From sequence record MN850606.1: a DNA stretch of 50,505 nucleotides, one strand, 5' to 3'. The stretch is from Escherichia phage tuinn. The notes beneath the pieces are model-generated. The model made no database searches. It was not told where the DNA came from and saw nothing but the letters and a program-made list of their open reading frames with translations. Of this stretch, positions 10,217-19,139 are shown piece by piece (within the stretch, counting starts at the first letter, position 1; every line of letters starts with the position of its first letter). The translations under genes were made by a program, and so were the position numbers.

Positions 10217-10258
10217 CGGGGCGCTTGCGCCCCTTTTGTCATAGGAGAAAACAAAATG
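10217..10258 (+). promoter_or_regulatory. GC hairpin + RBS cassette upstream of ssb (near-identical copy at 45080..45123)
   Basis: GGGGCGCTTGCGCCCC then GTCATAGGAGAAAACAAAATG. Confidence 0.55.
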
Positions 10259-10708
10259 CACGTTATTACAGGTGAGATTCGAAAAGAGCCAAAAGTAAAG
10301 CAAATGCCTAACGGCAGCACGCTATATGTTATTGAGCTTTCCGAACGATACAAAGACCGAGAAGGAAATTGGCAGTATACAAACTATGTGTTTTTCTTTA
10401 ACGCGAAAACAGACGGCCTGAATGGTTGGTATGCTGAGGCGTTCCAGGTGGGCAAGGTTATTTCTGTTTCCTGCGATACCTTGCGAGTTGAAACGCGAGA
10501 ATACAACGGAAAGATTTACAGTACCGTGCAGCCTGGCGGATTTGCAAACTTGCTATTTAGCCAGAGAGGTGAAAGCCAGCAACAATATCAGCAGCGAACG
10601 CAAGGAGGATGGGGGCAACCACAACAGCAACAGCAACAAAATACTCAACAGCAGCCGCAGCAAAGCAATCAGCCTCCGATTGACTTTGACGACGATATAC
10701 CATTCTGA
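10256..10708 (+). CDS. ssb: single-stranded DNA-binding protein
   Basis: OB-fold-like N-terminus, Gln/Gly-rich linker, acidic tail DFDDDIPF. Confidence 0.85.
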   Translation: MHVITGEIRKEPKVKQMPNGSTLYVIELSERYKDREGNWQYTNYVFFFNAKTDGLNGWYAEAFQVGKVISVSCDTLRVETREYNGKIYSTVQPGGFANLLFSQRGESQQQYQQRTQGGWGQPQQQQQQNTQQQPQQSNQPPIDFDDDIPF

Positions 10709-10717
10709 TAACAAAAA

Positions 10718-10742
10718 GCCCCGCATATGCGGGGCATTTTTT
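10718..10742. terminator. bidirectional terminator
   Basis: GCCCCGC-ATAT-GCGGGGC hairpin with A-run and T-run. Confidence 0.65.
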
Positions 10743-11478
10743 AGTCTAACGTGGTTGGTTTGTTTACCAGTGCCGCTACAACCGCTTTTAGCTCGTCAAT
10801 TTCTTTTCTCATCTCATCGTTTTCCGCTTTCAGTTTCTTAACGTGGTGAATCAGTGGAACAGTGAGGCGGTCATACATAACGCCTTCCGCCACCATGCCA
10901 TTACTTGAAGCAATGGCAGGATCTTCTCCTTCTTGCAGCGGTCGCCAGTGAACGTACTCCGGCGCAATTTGTCCAACCTATTCCGCGATTAGCCCGTACC
11001 ATCCCCAATCTTTACGGTCGCTTTCACAAGTTGACCGATACCAAACAGGACGCATTTCAAGCATCAGATCCGCATATTCATCAATAACCGATTCTACGCT
11101 GCTCTTATAACGAGAAGAGGAAGTGGAGCGTAAAACTTGCGACACTCCAGCATTTGGATCAAGCCATAAGTTTGCTGATTGAGCGGTTGTGTTAATATTA
11201 AATAAATAAAATGCATCGTTACCAGTTAGGGGGTAAAAACTCCCACTATACCTTCCGCTATCCAACTCGGATGATAGATCAGTTTGTTTTAGATACGGTT
11301 TCAACTTATTGTCAACATCAGCAGTTGATGCTTTTCCTGCAACATCCTGTTTTAGTGTCGAAACGTCATTTTTCAGCTTCGTTATATCACCAGGAATAGT
11401 AGCAACATCCTGTTTTAGTGTTGAAACGTCATTTTTCAGCTTCGTTATATCACTAGGTATAACAGTGACTGTAGCCAT
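10741..11478 (-). CDS. tail fibre protein with C-terminal intramolecular chaperone (peptidase S74-like) domain, interrupted by in-frame TAG at 10978..10980
   Basis: Called ORF ends ..DWGWYGLIAE*; same frame continues VGQIAPEYV..LKAENDEMRKEIDELKAVVAALV to TAA at 10741, matching the S74 chaperone consensus. Confidence 0.6.
11344..11469 (-). repeat. tandem 63-bp repeat (2 units) inside tail fibre gene
   Basis: Units start 11344 and 11407; encode duplicated peptide I-P-x-DITKLKNDVSTLKQDVA. Confidence 0.7.
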
Positions 11479-11490
11479 TTTCCTAACTCC

Positions 11491-11769
11491 TTAAGCCCAT
11501 TCTCTAATAGGCTGATCTAACTCAACCACGTATCCATTAAAAATTACGGCATCAAACTTATCATCAATGATTCGCACATTAACGAAATAGCCGTCGTTCT
11601 TTCGCGCAATCTCCTCGCCATCGTCAGATCGTGCAATTACTGTATAAGTATTGCCGATTACATCGAGCAGGATTGCATCCTGAATGGATTCGTTATCATC
11701 CCAATTAATTTTTCCTAAAAAGGCCGAAAACTCGGCCTTGTCTGAAAATTTTAATGTTAAATCACGCAT
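11491..11769 (-). CDS. hypothetical protein between tail fibre genes
   Basis: ATG 11769 overlaps upstream stop; no motif. Confidence 0.4.
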   Translation of the reverse strand: MRDLTLKFSDKAEFSAFLGKINWDDNESIQDAILLDVIGNTYTVIARSDDGEEIARKNDGYFVNVRIIDDKFDAVIFNGYVVELDQPIREWA

Positions 11770-13745
11770 TAAACAATTTCCCCCAATTGATGATCTGTTA
11801 GTGCCTTGTGCCATATACGGAAGTTTCTAACGTGCCCGAAAAGATGACGTTCTCCAGTAGTTGTTTGTCCGCCAATCCTTATAGTAGCCGTTGATACTAT
11901 ATATCTCCATTCCGTTTTTGTTTCGCTTGATATTCTGGCATTACTTACACAACAAGTATTGTAATCACTCTTTACTCTCATTCCTATGATCATCTTTTTT
12001 AGTTTCGCATTCTCGTTAACCCTTCTGTTTGATTTACCTATATCGCAATAAGGGAATCCATCATTATCGCCCTTGGCAGATCCGAAAGCAAGAATAATTG
12101 CCGCACCAGATTGATGACCTCCAGTATCAAAAACACGAGGCGCAGCATTTGGCGTCATACTCCAGTTTTTATTAGCTTCCACAAGTAATGTAAACGGCAA
12201 ATTGTAAAGGTTGTTTTTTATTGGTAATGTAACCATATCGCTTGCCCGTGTTACTGGAGTCTCTTCTGTAATAATAAAGGATGAAGCGCACGCCCCACCT
12301 TCAACTTGAGGTGTCGCAATATAAATATAATCATCCGCGCCAGTGCCCACTCCTTTTGCTGGGGCATAATGAACCATTCCACCTATCATATTTTCTGTAT
12401 CAAGTGCCTTAATTGTCGCCTCAAAAAAGATCCATTTGCTTGCTTCATCTTTAACAGCCCTTGCAGTAATACGATTTGCAGCGACGCCAGTTTTTTCAAT
12501 TGATAAATCTGTCAGATTTACGTAAGCATCACCCAAAAATGCATAAGCAGATCCATCGTAGTTTTCAAATCGTAATCGGCATCTTAAATTTGGAGTCCCA
12601 CTTTGCGCCCTGCATGATATGGTTACATACTTTTCATTTCCTGTTACATCAAAACCTCTACTGCCGGAAACGGTTACTATGTTAATCGATGAAGTTTGCC
12701 CTACCATTTCTGGTTTTAATGTAAATTTTGCGTACTGGAATCCGAAATTATCCACACCTGATCTATCTAAGATCATATTTGGTGACTTGTTCCATTTTGA
12801 AGGATTGACGCTATTTATAAGAAGGTTTGCTCTTTGCCCCTCAATGAGCAGACCATCCTTTTCAAATCTAGGTTCATCAATAGCAGCATTAGTAAGCACC
12901 CCAGACTTATTAATGTAAGTAGCGGTTGATGCGCGTTTAAACTTAACAATCTTGTCACCTGGCATCGTGATCTCATCGTCACCTATAACAATCTTTTTAT
13001 ATGACGGAGAGAATCCGGTGATCATATCCAGGGAATCATTAAACGGTATCCACACGTCCGGCAACGGTTGCAATAAATCTTTGTAAGGTTCTGCGGCCTG
13101 CTTTGCGTATTCCTCCGCTTGATCTCGCGCACTTTCAGCTCCTGCCTTTGCAGTGTTCGCAGCGTCACGCGCGGATTCAGCACCAGACTTTGCTGCTTCA
13201 GCGCCAGTCTTTGCAGTGTTTGCAGCGTCGCGCGCGGATTCAGCGGCAGCCTTTGCAGTGTCAGCACCTTTCTTGCTATTCTCTGCATTTGTTGCGCTTT
13301 TCTTTGCGTTATTCTCGCTAGTTTTAGCTGCCTTCTGGCTTGCTGCGGCTGCGTCAGCATTTGTCTTTACGTCTTCCTGGATCTTCTGTAGCTTATCCCA
13401 ATCAAAATCCTTGATGATCTCAATAAATCCAGCAAACTCCGATTCCTTCCCCTGGTAATAACGCAACGTTTCCGCTACGTCTTGCGCAAGACCGTCAACA
13501 GTTAACGAGTCATGAAGCAAGATCAGGTAATTTGTCTTCTGTACTACCGCGCCGCCAGTAGTAATTGCGCGAATGCTTGTATCGCTAATCACTTCTGTAA
13601 TCACAGCAGCTTGCAAAGGTTGAGCAAGAAAGAAAATAGTTGCACCTGGGCGAATCAAGGTTAATTGCTCACGCCATTTTGTACCGTAACCAGTTACATA
13701 ACCTTGCGCGTCCATAGACGCTTGGCCTTGTCTGTAAATCGCCAT
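11769..13745 (-). CDS. side tail fibre protein (lambda Stf-like N-terminus, Ala-rich repeats, C-terminal receptor-binding domain)
   Basis: AGGAGG RBS before ATG 13745; Ala/Ser/Lys-rich repeats; C-terminal domain, possibly jellyroll-type. Confidence 0.75.
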   Translation of the reverse strand: MAIYRQGQASMDAQGYVTGYGTKWREQLTLIRPGATIFFLAQPLQAAVITEVISDTSIRAITTGGAVVQKTNYLILLHDSLTVDGLAQDVAETLRYYQGKESEFAGFIEIIKDFDWDKLQKIQEDVKTNADAAAASQKAAKTSENNAKKSATNAENSKKGADTAKAAAESARDAANTAKTGAEAAKSGAESARDAANTAKAGAESARDQAEEYAKQAAEPYKDLLQPLPDVWIPFNDSLDMITGFSPSYKKIVIGDDEITMPGDKIVKFKRASTATYINKSGVLTNAAIDEPRFEKDGLLIEGQRANLLINSVNPSKWNKSPNMILDRSGVDNFGFQYAKFTLKPEMVGQTSSINIVTVSGSRGFDVTGNEKYVTISCRAQSGTPNLRCRLRFENYDGSAYAFLGDAYVNLTDLSIEKTGVAANRITARAVKDEASKWIFFEATIKALDTENMIGGMVHYAPAKGVGTGADDYIYIATPQVEGGACASSFIITEETPVTRASDMVTLPIKNNLYNLPFTLLVEANKNWSMTPNAAPRVFDTGGHQSGAAIILAFGSAKGDNDGFPYCDIGKSNRRVNENAKLKKMIIGMRVKSDYNTCCVSNARISSETKTEWRYIVSTATIRIGGQTTTGERHLFGHVRNFRIWHKALTDHQLGEIV

Positions 13746-13760
13746 TTGTAAAATCCTCCT

Positions 13761-13779
13761 AAATAGCACTTTTTGCTAA
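13761..13779 (+). promoter_or_regulatory. conserved motif copy (fused to RBS of tail fibre gene on opposite strand)
   Basis: AAATAGCACTTTTTGCTAA. Confidence 0.6.
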
Positions 13780-13809
13780 TGACAATGCAGATAATAGCAT
13801 TTTCAAGTG

Positions 13810-13835
13810 CAAAAAAAAACCCCGCATAAGCGGGG
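13810..13835 (-). terminator. rho-independent terminator after primase gene
   Basis: CCCCGC-ATAA-GCGGGG with U-run on minus strand. Confidence 0.6.
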
Positions 13836-13851
13836 TAATACTAGCGGAGTT

Positions 13852-14781
13852 TTATAGCAGTGATTCAGGCTTGTAGAGTTTTCTTTCTACGCCCTGTTTA
13901 AAATTATCGTTAACAGGCATCATTATGTCAAGCCCTCTTTCCTCTGCCGCGATTATCACATCACGATCATCTTTCCGGCAGACTACGCGCATTCTTCTTT
14001 CTCCTTTATATCTATGCGCAACCATTTCAAGATTTGAAGGAGTAAAACAGGCCCACACCTCTTGACCAGTTGATAAATGAACATGCTGAGAATCAACCCA
14101 ATCAAGGCACAAATAGATCGTCTTATCTGTACTACCTGTTTTAACAACAGATCCGCGCGTGTAGTCGCGAGCTAAAAACCAATCCTTTCCATCCTCATCA
14201 ATGAAAAGCACGTTACACATTTCATCATCCAGCCCGTCATCATGCACCAGGTGACAAGGTAGCGCGTGAATGTATCGACCATCCTTGACGCCGCAATCAT
14301 AATGACAATCTTCCGGCGGATATATCCCCTCATAAACGCTTAAAGGTGTGCGATCGAATTTTAATGTTTTTTCCATCACTTTTTCGCAACATTCATGACT
14401 TGCCTGTTTCCCGAACGAGTAACCAGAAGAACGCGAAGCGCGTTTGTTTGCTCTGATCCTGTAATCTTGTGGCACTTTTCCGAGGAAGCGGCCCAAAATG
14501 TTGATGGCCTCGCTGTAAGGTTCGCCAGTTAATTTCATTAACCAACCGATCCCCGTGTCGTTGCCGCACACGTTGCAGATCGCGCCTCCGTCGCCCTCTT
14601 CATTTAGCTTATCAGTCCATCTAAAACGATCCTTACCGCCGCAGTGTGGGCAAGGTTGATGCTTTTTGTTGAAAACATCGCTATGCAGCCCGCAAATGCT
14701 TTGTAGTGCTTCACGCCATAACCCCTTCATATATGGCAAAACATCTTCTTTCTGATAGGTCATAAAGTTTTCAGTATTCAT
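13852..14781 (-). CDS. DNA primase with zinc-ribbon
   Basis: CPHCGG..CNVCG zinc-binding motif; start 14781 with GAGG RBS. Confidence 0.65.
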   Translation of the reverse strand: MNTENFMTYQKEDVLPYMKGLWREALQSICGLHSDVFNKKHQPCPHCGGKDRFRWTDKLNEEGDGGAICNVCGNDTGIGWLMKLTGEPYSEAINILGRFLGKVPQDYRIRANKRASRSSGYSFGKQASHECCEKVMEKTLKFDRTPLSVYEGIYPPEDCHYDCGVKDGRYIHALPCHLVHDDGLDDEMCNVLFIDEDGKDWFLARDYTRGSVVKTGSTDKTIYLCLDWVDSQHVHLSTGQEVWACFTPSNLEMVAHRYKGERRMRVVCRKDDRDVIIAAEERGLDIMMPVNDNFKQGVERKLYKPESLL

Positions 14782-14793
14782 GGCAAACCTCAA

Positions 14794-14829
14794 TAAAAAA
14801 GCCCAGCAAATATTATCATTTCGCTGGGC
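14794..14829 (-). terminator. rho-independent terminator after HTH gene
   Basis: GCCCAGC..GCTGGGC hairpin with U-run on minus strand. Confidence 0.55.
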
Positions 14830-14836
14830 CTTATCA

Positions 14837-15313
14837 TTAGCTATTCGTGCTGTTATCACCTTTGTAGAATCTTCCGCCTGGTTCGTAGTCTGAATTTTTG
14901 ACTACGCGCAACATTTCGTATTTGTCGCAACGGGTAGTAAGAGGCTTGCCGTTAGAATCAAACCGCAGATCTGGACGACAAAACGAGGCGCGGTATCCTT
15001 TGCATCCATTATATTTGTAGTCGTTATGCACCTTTTGTGCTCCAGCGGCTGAAATCATACCACGCTTTCGCCATTGGTTAACGACTTGCTGAGATACGCG
15101 CAGACGTCGAGCCATAGCAGGAACACCGCCGTAATACTCGATCAGAATGTCAAGGCGAGATTTCAGGCTTGCTTTTACCTCATCTCGCAGGATAAGAAAT
15201 CCGGTTCGGTGTTTTCGTGGTTTTTTGTCTTTACCTCGTCGCGTTCCGTTGTTACCGTTAATAGTGCGCTTGTCGATCTCACCCGTAGATACTGCAATTC
15301 GTGCATCTTTCAT
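14837..15313 (-). CDS. helix-turn-helix DNA-binding protein, candidate transcription regulator
   Basis: HTH-like ARRLRVSQQVVNQWRKRG; basic N-terminus; GAGGTG RBS. Confidence 0.5.
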   Translation of the reverse strand: MKDARIAVSTGEIDKRTINGNNGTRRGKDKKPRKHRTGFLILRDEVKASLKSRLDILIEYYGGVPAMARRLRVSQQVVNQWRKRGMISAAGAQKVHNDYKYNGCKGYRASFCRPDLRFDSNGKPLTTRCDKYEMLRVVKNSDYEPGGRFYKGDNSTNS

Positions 15314-15324
15314 CTAGTCACCTC

Positions 15325-15344
15325 ATAGCATTTTTTGTTAAAAC
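15325..15344 (+). promoter_or_regulatory. conserved motif copy upstream of helicase gene
   Basis: ATAGCATTTTTTGTTAAAAC; TATTAT at 15363..15368. Confidence 0.6.
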
Positions 15345-15400
15345 AGTTTATTGTAATGAGTCTATTATATACTCCAAATGGCATTTTTTAAAGGTTTAAG

Positions 15401-17398
15401 ATGATTCCAAATATCGAAAAACAAATATCAGCATTAGGCGAGGCAGTAATAAAAAGCATCCAAGAGCGATTCACGGTTGGCAATATAGTGCCTTATCCTT
15501 ATCAGTGCGTTGCGTATGCAGAGATCGCAAAGCGCATGAAAAACTATGAGCATCCTTTCTTTGTTAAGGCTTCTGTATCGGCTGGCAAAACATTGATGTT
15601 TGCGATGGTTGCGGCGCAATGCCGCAAAATGGGATTGAAAATGATGGTCCTTGCTCGCCAGGCTGAAATTGTTGATCAGGATTCGGAGGAGATCAGCAAT
15701 CTTGGCGTGCCAAACTCAATCTATTGCGCCGGACTGAAAACAAAAAGCGCATACTTTCCGATCGTAGTCGGTTCTGAGGGCACTGTAGTAAACGGATTGT
15801 TTAAGTCGTTAGGTGATTATGTTCCGCACGTTATCGGTATTGATGAATGTCACCAGGTGGATTGGGAGGATCTCGCGGACGCGATAGAAAATAATGAATC
15901 TTACCAGCAGATGACCACTAAGAAGGATTTGCCAGTACTGATTGGAGAAGAACAGCAATTTGATTCCAATGGCGATCCAATGTTCGGAACAGGGCGCACA
16001 CAGTACACCGTAATAATCATGGAAATGATGCGCAGGTGTCGCGAGGCATACGGGCACGAATTGCGAATATTCGGCATGACTGGATCTGAGTTTCGCGGCG
16101 TGGTTCCAATACTGGTTGAAGATAAGAACAAAAAGGGATTCTGGCGTGAGCAAGTAACTAACATAGACACAAACTACTTAATCAAATTCGGTTCGGTAGT
16201 GCCAACAAATTTCGGCGACGTCGGCGACCTGGGTTATGACCTTTCAGAGTTCGAGGCCAGTAGCGAGGACGGCGTTTCAGACTTTGACGCTAAAACATTG
16301 CGCAAGATGGAAGAAAAGATCCATCAAGACGCAACAATGACACAGAAAATCATGGCTAAAGTCCATGAGATATGCAAAGACAGGAACGGAGTTTTAGTTA
16401 CATGCGCAGGGGAAAGGCACTGCAAGGAGGCCGCCGCCGCACTGCCGCCAGGCGTTGAATACAGGATCATAACTGGCAAGACTGGAGATAATCAGCGTAA
16501 AGAGTGGCTGAGGGAGGCATACGAGGGAAAAGTAAAATACATCTTCCAGGTACAGGCGCTTACCACTGGCGTTAACGTTCCGTTTTTGGATACTTCGGTA
16601 ATACTGAGAAAGATAGGATCTCTAACATTGCTCATCCAGCTTTTGGGGCGCGGTATGCGACTGCTTAAGCAATGGCACATTGAGCAGGGATTCAAGAAAA
16701 AAGATCATCTTGTATTGGATTTTGCAGGTACTATGGATGAGTTAGGTGATTTGTATTTCGATCCAATCCTTGAGCAAGCGCAACTCCAAAAGAGATTTAC
16801 AAACGGGAAAGAGCCTAAGACTTGTCCGATATGTGGAACGCTAAACAGCTTTTACGCTCGCCGATGTATGCACGTAGACGATAACGGGAAACGATGCGAG
16901 CATTTTTGGACTTACAGAATTTGCGAGGACCAGGTAGATCCGAGAACAAAAAAGATAATCAAGCGCGGTTGCGGAACAAAAAACGACGTAGTGGCGAGAG
17001 TTTGCCGTTGTTGCGATATTTCTCTTGTCGATCCTAACGAGAAGTTAAGCGGTAAGCACTACACCAAAAACGATTGGTGCAACGTTAAATATTTCCGCGT
17101 TGATATGACGAAAAACCAGAAAGGAATTGTTTTTTGCTATGAGCTTGAGGCCAACGGCGACACGTTCAAGGCATACGAAAGATTTTTCCCTGAGTCAGAA
17201 AGCAACATTTGCCGGACGATATGGAGAAAAATAGCATTGCAGCACATACCGGATCGCAAGATTGCTGGTATGGTGGCGAGCTATAGAAATGCGCGTAAAA
17301 TAATGTCATACGCTCATCACATCATGCCGCCTGTACGCGTAACGCATCGCAAAAACGGCAAAGGTGAGGATAACATTGCAAAACGGGAGTTTGTTTAA
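15401..17398 (+). CDS. superfamily-2 DNA helicase with C-terminal zinc fingers
   Basis: Walker A SAGKT, Walker B IDECHQ, several CxxC pairs. Confidence 0.75.
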   Translation: MIPNIEKQISALGEAVIKSIQERFTVGNIVPYPYQCVAYAEIAKRMKNYEHPFFVKASVSAGKTLMFAMVAAQCRKMGLKMMVLARQAEIVDQDSEEISNLGVPNSIYCAGLKTKSAYFPIVVGSEGTVVNGLFKSLGDYVPHVIGIDECHQVDWEDLADAIENNESYQQMTTKKDLPVLIGEEQQFDSNGDPMFGTGRTQYTVIIMEMMRRCREAYGHELRIFGMTGSEFRGVVPILVEDKNKKGFWREQVTNIDTNYLIKFGSVVPTNFGDVGDLGYDLSEFEASSEDGVSDFDAKTLRKMEEKIHQDATMTQKIMAKVHEICKDRNGVLVTCAGERHCKEAAAALPPGVEYRIITGKTGDNQRKEWLREAYEGKVKYIFQVQALTTGVNVPFLDTSVILRKIGSLTLLIQLLGRGMRLLKQWHIEQGFKKKDHLVLDFAGTMDELGDLYFDPILEQAQLQKRFTNGKEPKTCPICGTLNSFYARRCMHVDDNGKRCEHFWTYRICEDQVDPRTKKIIKRGCGTKNDVVARVCRCCDISLVDPNEKLSGKHYTKNDWCNVKYFRVDMTKNQKGIVFCYELEANGDTFKAYERFFPESESNICRTIWRKIALQHIPDRKIAGMVASYRNARKIMSYAHHIMPPVRVTHRKNGKGEDNIAKREFV

Positions 17399-17817
17399 TG
17401 GCTATAACTGATAAAGGAGATTATCTTGAGTTTTACGAAAGAGATCCAACCGACACTAGAAAGGAAGTTAATCACCAGATAGATAGCTTTCAGTGGTTGA
17501 CTTATGCTCATCCTTACTTGCTGGCGTGGCATACGGTAAACGAGAATGAGAAGTCGAAAGTAACGGCGATGATTGATCAGCAGTCCGGCTTGGTTAAGGG
17601 GGTAAGCGATTTCATCATCCTGATTGGTTCAAACGGAAAATACCCCTTTGCAGCGATTGAGATCAAACGAGTTAATAAATCAGGCAAGGGGAAAGCATCA
17701 CCAGTCAGCGATGAACAAAAGGCTTTTTTGCGTCGCGTTCGCAGTTTAGGAGGATTCGCTGCGGTCGCCTACGGATTTAATCAGTTTAAGTTAGCTATTG
17801 AATACATGCTTAAATAG
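17398..17817 (+). CDS. VRR-NUC domain nuclease
   Basis: D...EIK-type motif (DFIIL..AIEIKRV). Confidence 0.6.
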   Translation: MAITDKGDYLEFYERDPTDTRKEVNHQIDSFQWLTYAHPYLLAWHTVNENEKSKVTAMIDQQSGLVKGVSDFIILIGSNGKYPFAAIEIKRVNKSGKGKASPVSDEQKAFLRRVRSLGGFAAVAYGFNQFKLAIEYMLK

Positions 17818-17833
17818 CACTTTTTGTTAAAAC
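17812..17833 (+). promoter_or_regulatory. conserved motif copy upstream of dam
   Basis: AAATAGCACTTTTTGTTAAAAC incl. TAG stop of upstream gene; hairpin and ATAATT follow. Confidence 0.6.
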
Positions 17834-17896
17834 TGGCGCGATGGATTGCGCCATAATTCAATAACACGAGATAGCTTTTAATAGCGGAGAAATGAA

Positions 17897-18622
17897 ATGG
17901 CTAAAGATATTTTAGATAAAGACACCCATGACGCATTCGTTAGCTTTGAGCAGTTGGAGAGAGAAACATTTATAGGGAATGCCCTTGCAACTGGAGGCCA
18001 TTACCAGGCAGTAAAGCCAAATCAATATTATAAGGTAAGCGGCAACCGATACGCTGGAAGCACTACGCCGGACGTTGTGCGCGATATGTGGAGCACGCCT
18101 CAAGAGATCGTGGAGTGGATGGAATTAGAATTTGGTGAATACGATCTCGACGCGGCAGCAAGCCATGAAAACGCAGTTTGCGAGAAGTTCTATAGCAAGG
18201 AAACAAACTGCTTAAAGCGTTGGTGGGGTAGCAACAAGCACGTATGGCTTAACCCGCCGTACAGCAACCCAACTCCATTTATCAAGAAAGCAATTGAGCA
18301 AATGGAGCACAACAACCAAATTGATGTTTTGTTGCCATCCGACAACTCTACAGCATGGTTTTATGAGGCGCAGAAAAACGCGGCTGAAATCATCTGGATC
18401 ACTGGCGAGGTTTACGAAGAGGGGGGAGTGGAATATTCCCGCACCGGAAGAATCGCCTTTGTGTCTGGATTGACTGGCGAGCCTGTACAGGGCAACAATA
18501 AGGGAAGCGTGATTTTTGTCATGCGCAAACTTAAAGAAGGCGAGGAGCAGAAAACGCGATACGTTAAGATCAGCGATATTTGCCCCTCTGTAACCGAACG
18601 CCGCGCGCGCAAACGGAGCTAA
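17897..18622 (+). CDS. dam: DNA N6-adenine methyltransferase (phage Dam type)
   Basis: NPPYS catalytic motif, DLDAAAS region. Confidence 0.75.
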   Translation: MAKDILDKDTHDAFVSFEQLERETFIGNALATGGHYQAVKPNQYYKVSGNRYAGSTTPDVVRDMWSTPQEIVEWMELEFGEYDLDAAASHENAVCEKFYSKETNCLKRWWGSNKHVWLNPPYSNPTPFIKKAIEQMEHNNQIDVLLPSDNSTAWFYEAQKNAAEIIWITGEVYEEGGVEYSRTGRIAFVSGLTGEPVQGNNKGSVIFVMRKLKEGEEQKTRYVKISDICPSVTERRARKRS

Positions 18623-18626
18623 CACG

Positions 18627-18884
18627 ATGAAAAAAGAGAGAAGCGTTTATTTAAATGAAACTGGCGAGTGGTTGTTATTTCGCGCTATGGTGTGCGATGC
18701 ACTTGATAAAAACCCTAACGTGAAAAAGATGATTGATTGCGATCCGTGGGAATTTTCAAGCGCATTAGATATGAGCTTTGATGAGACAAGGAAACTCCCT
18801 CTTGAAAAATGGCACGAACAAATCAGAAATGATATGCAAGAGTTTGTAGATTCGTGGAATTTTCAGAACGGAATGATCCACTAA
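18627..18884 (+). CDS. hypothetical protein
   Basis: ORF with RBS; no motif. Confidence 0.4.
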   Translation: MKKERSVYLNETGEWLLFRAMVCDALDKNPNVKKMIDCDPWEFSSALDMSFDETRKLPLEKWHEQIRNDMQEFVDSWNFQNGMIH

Positions 18885-18903
18885 TAGCACTTTTTGTTAA
18901 AAC
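18883..18903 (+). promoter_or_regulatory. conserved motif copy
   Basis: AATAGCACTTTTTGTTAAAAC, hairpin, ATAATT, CATCGAAACGAAC box (18933..18945). Confidence 0.6.
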
Positions 18904-18953
18904 GCCCGGCATTTTGTCGGGCATAATTATTTCATCGAAACGAACGTGAGGAA

Positions 18954-19139
18954 ATGAAAATGGTAGTATATAGCAAGAAAGCATTTGACCAGGCGCAACA
19001 AGCCGCACGCGAGGCGGTAAAAGGTGGAACGAAAAACAATATGCAGCTTGATTGGGGCGCTGCAATGATTCTACTTCGCGTTGCATATGGTCACTACCCA
19101 TTAGAATTTGCGGAGGCATATTATAAGCATGAAGGTTGA
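18954..19139 (+). CDS. hypothetical protein
   Basis: Short ORF after promoter-like cassette. Confidence 0.35.
   Translation: MKMVVYSKKAFDQAQQAAREAVKGGTKNNMQLDWGAAMILLRVAYGHYPLEFAEAYYKHEG

Noticed and set aside
10422-10841. ORF 10422..10841 (+) overlapping ssb and reading through the terminator
   Set aside because: Alternative frame of ssb continuing across the terminator hairpin; no RBS; product is low-complexity.
12306-13458. Plus-strand ORFs (12306..12503, 13103..13321, 13119..13391, 13153..13458) with Ala/Cys/Ser-rich low-complexity products
   Set aside because: Antisense to the Ala-rich repeat region of the long tail fibre gene; low-complexity mirror translations.
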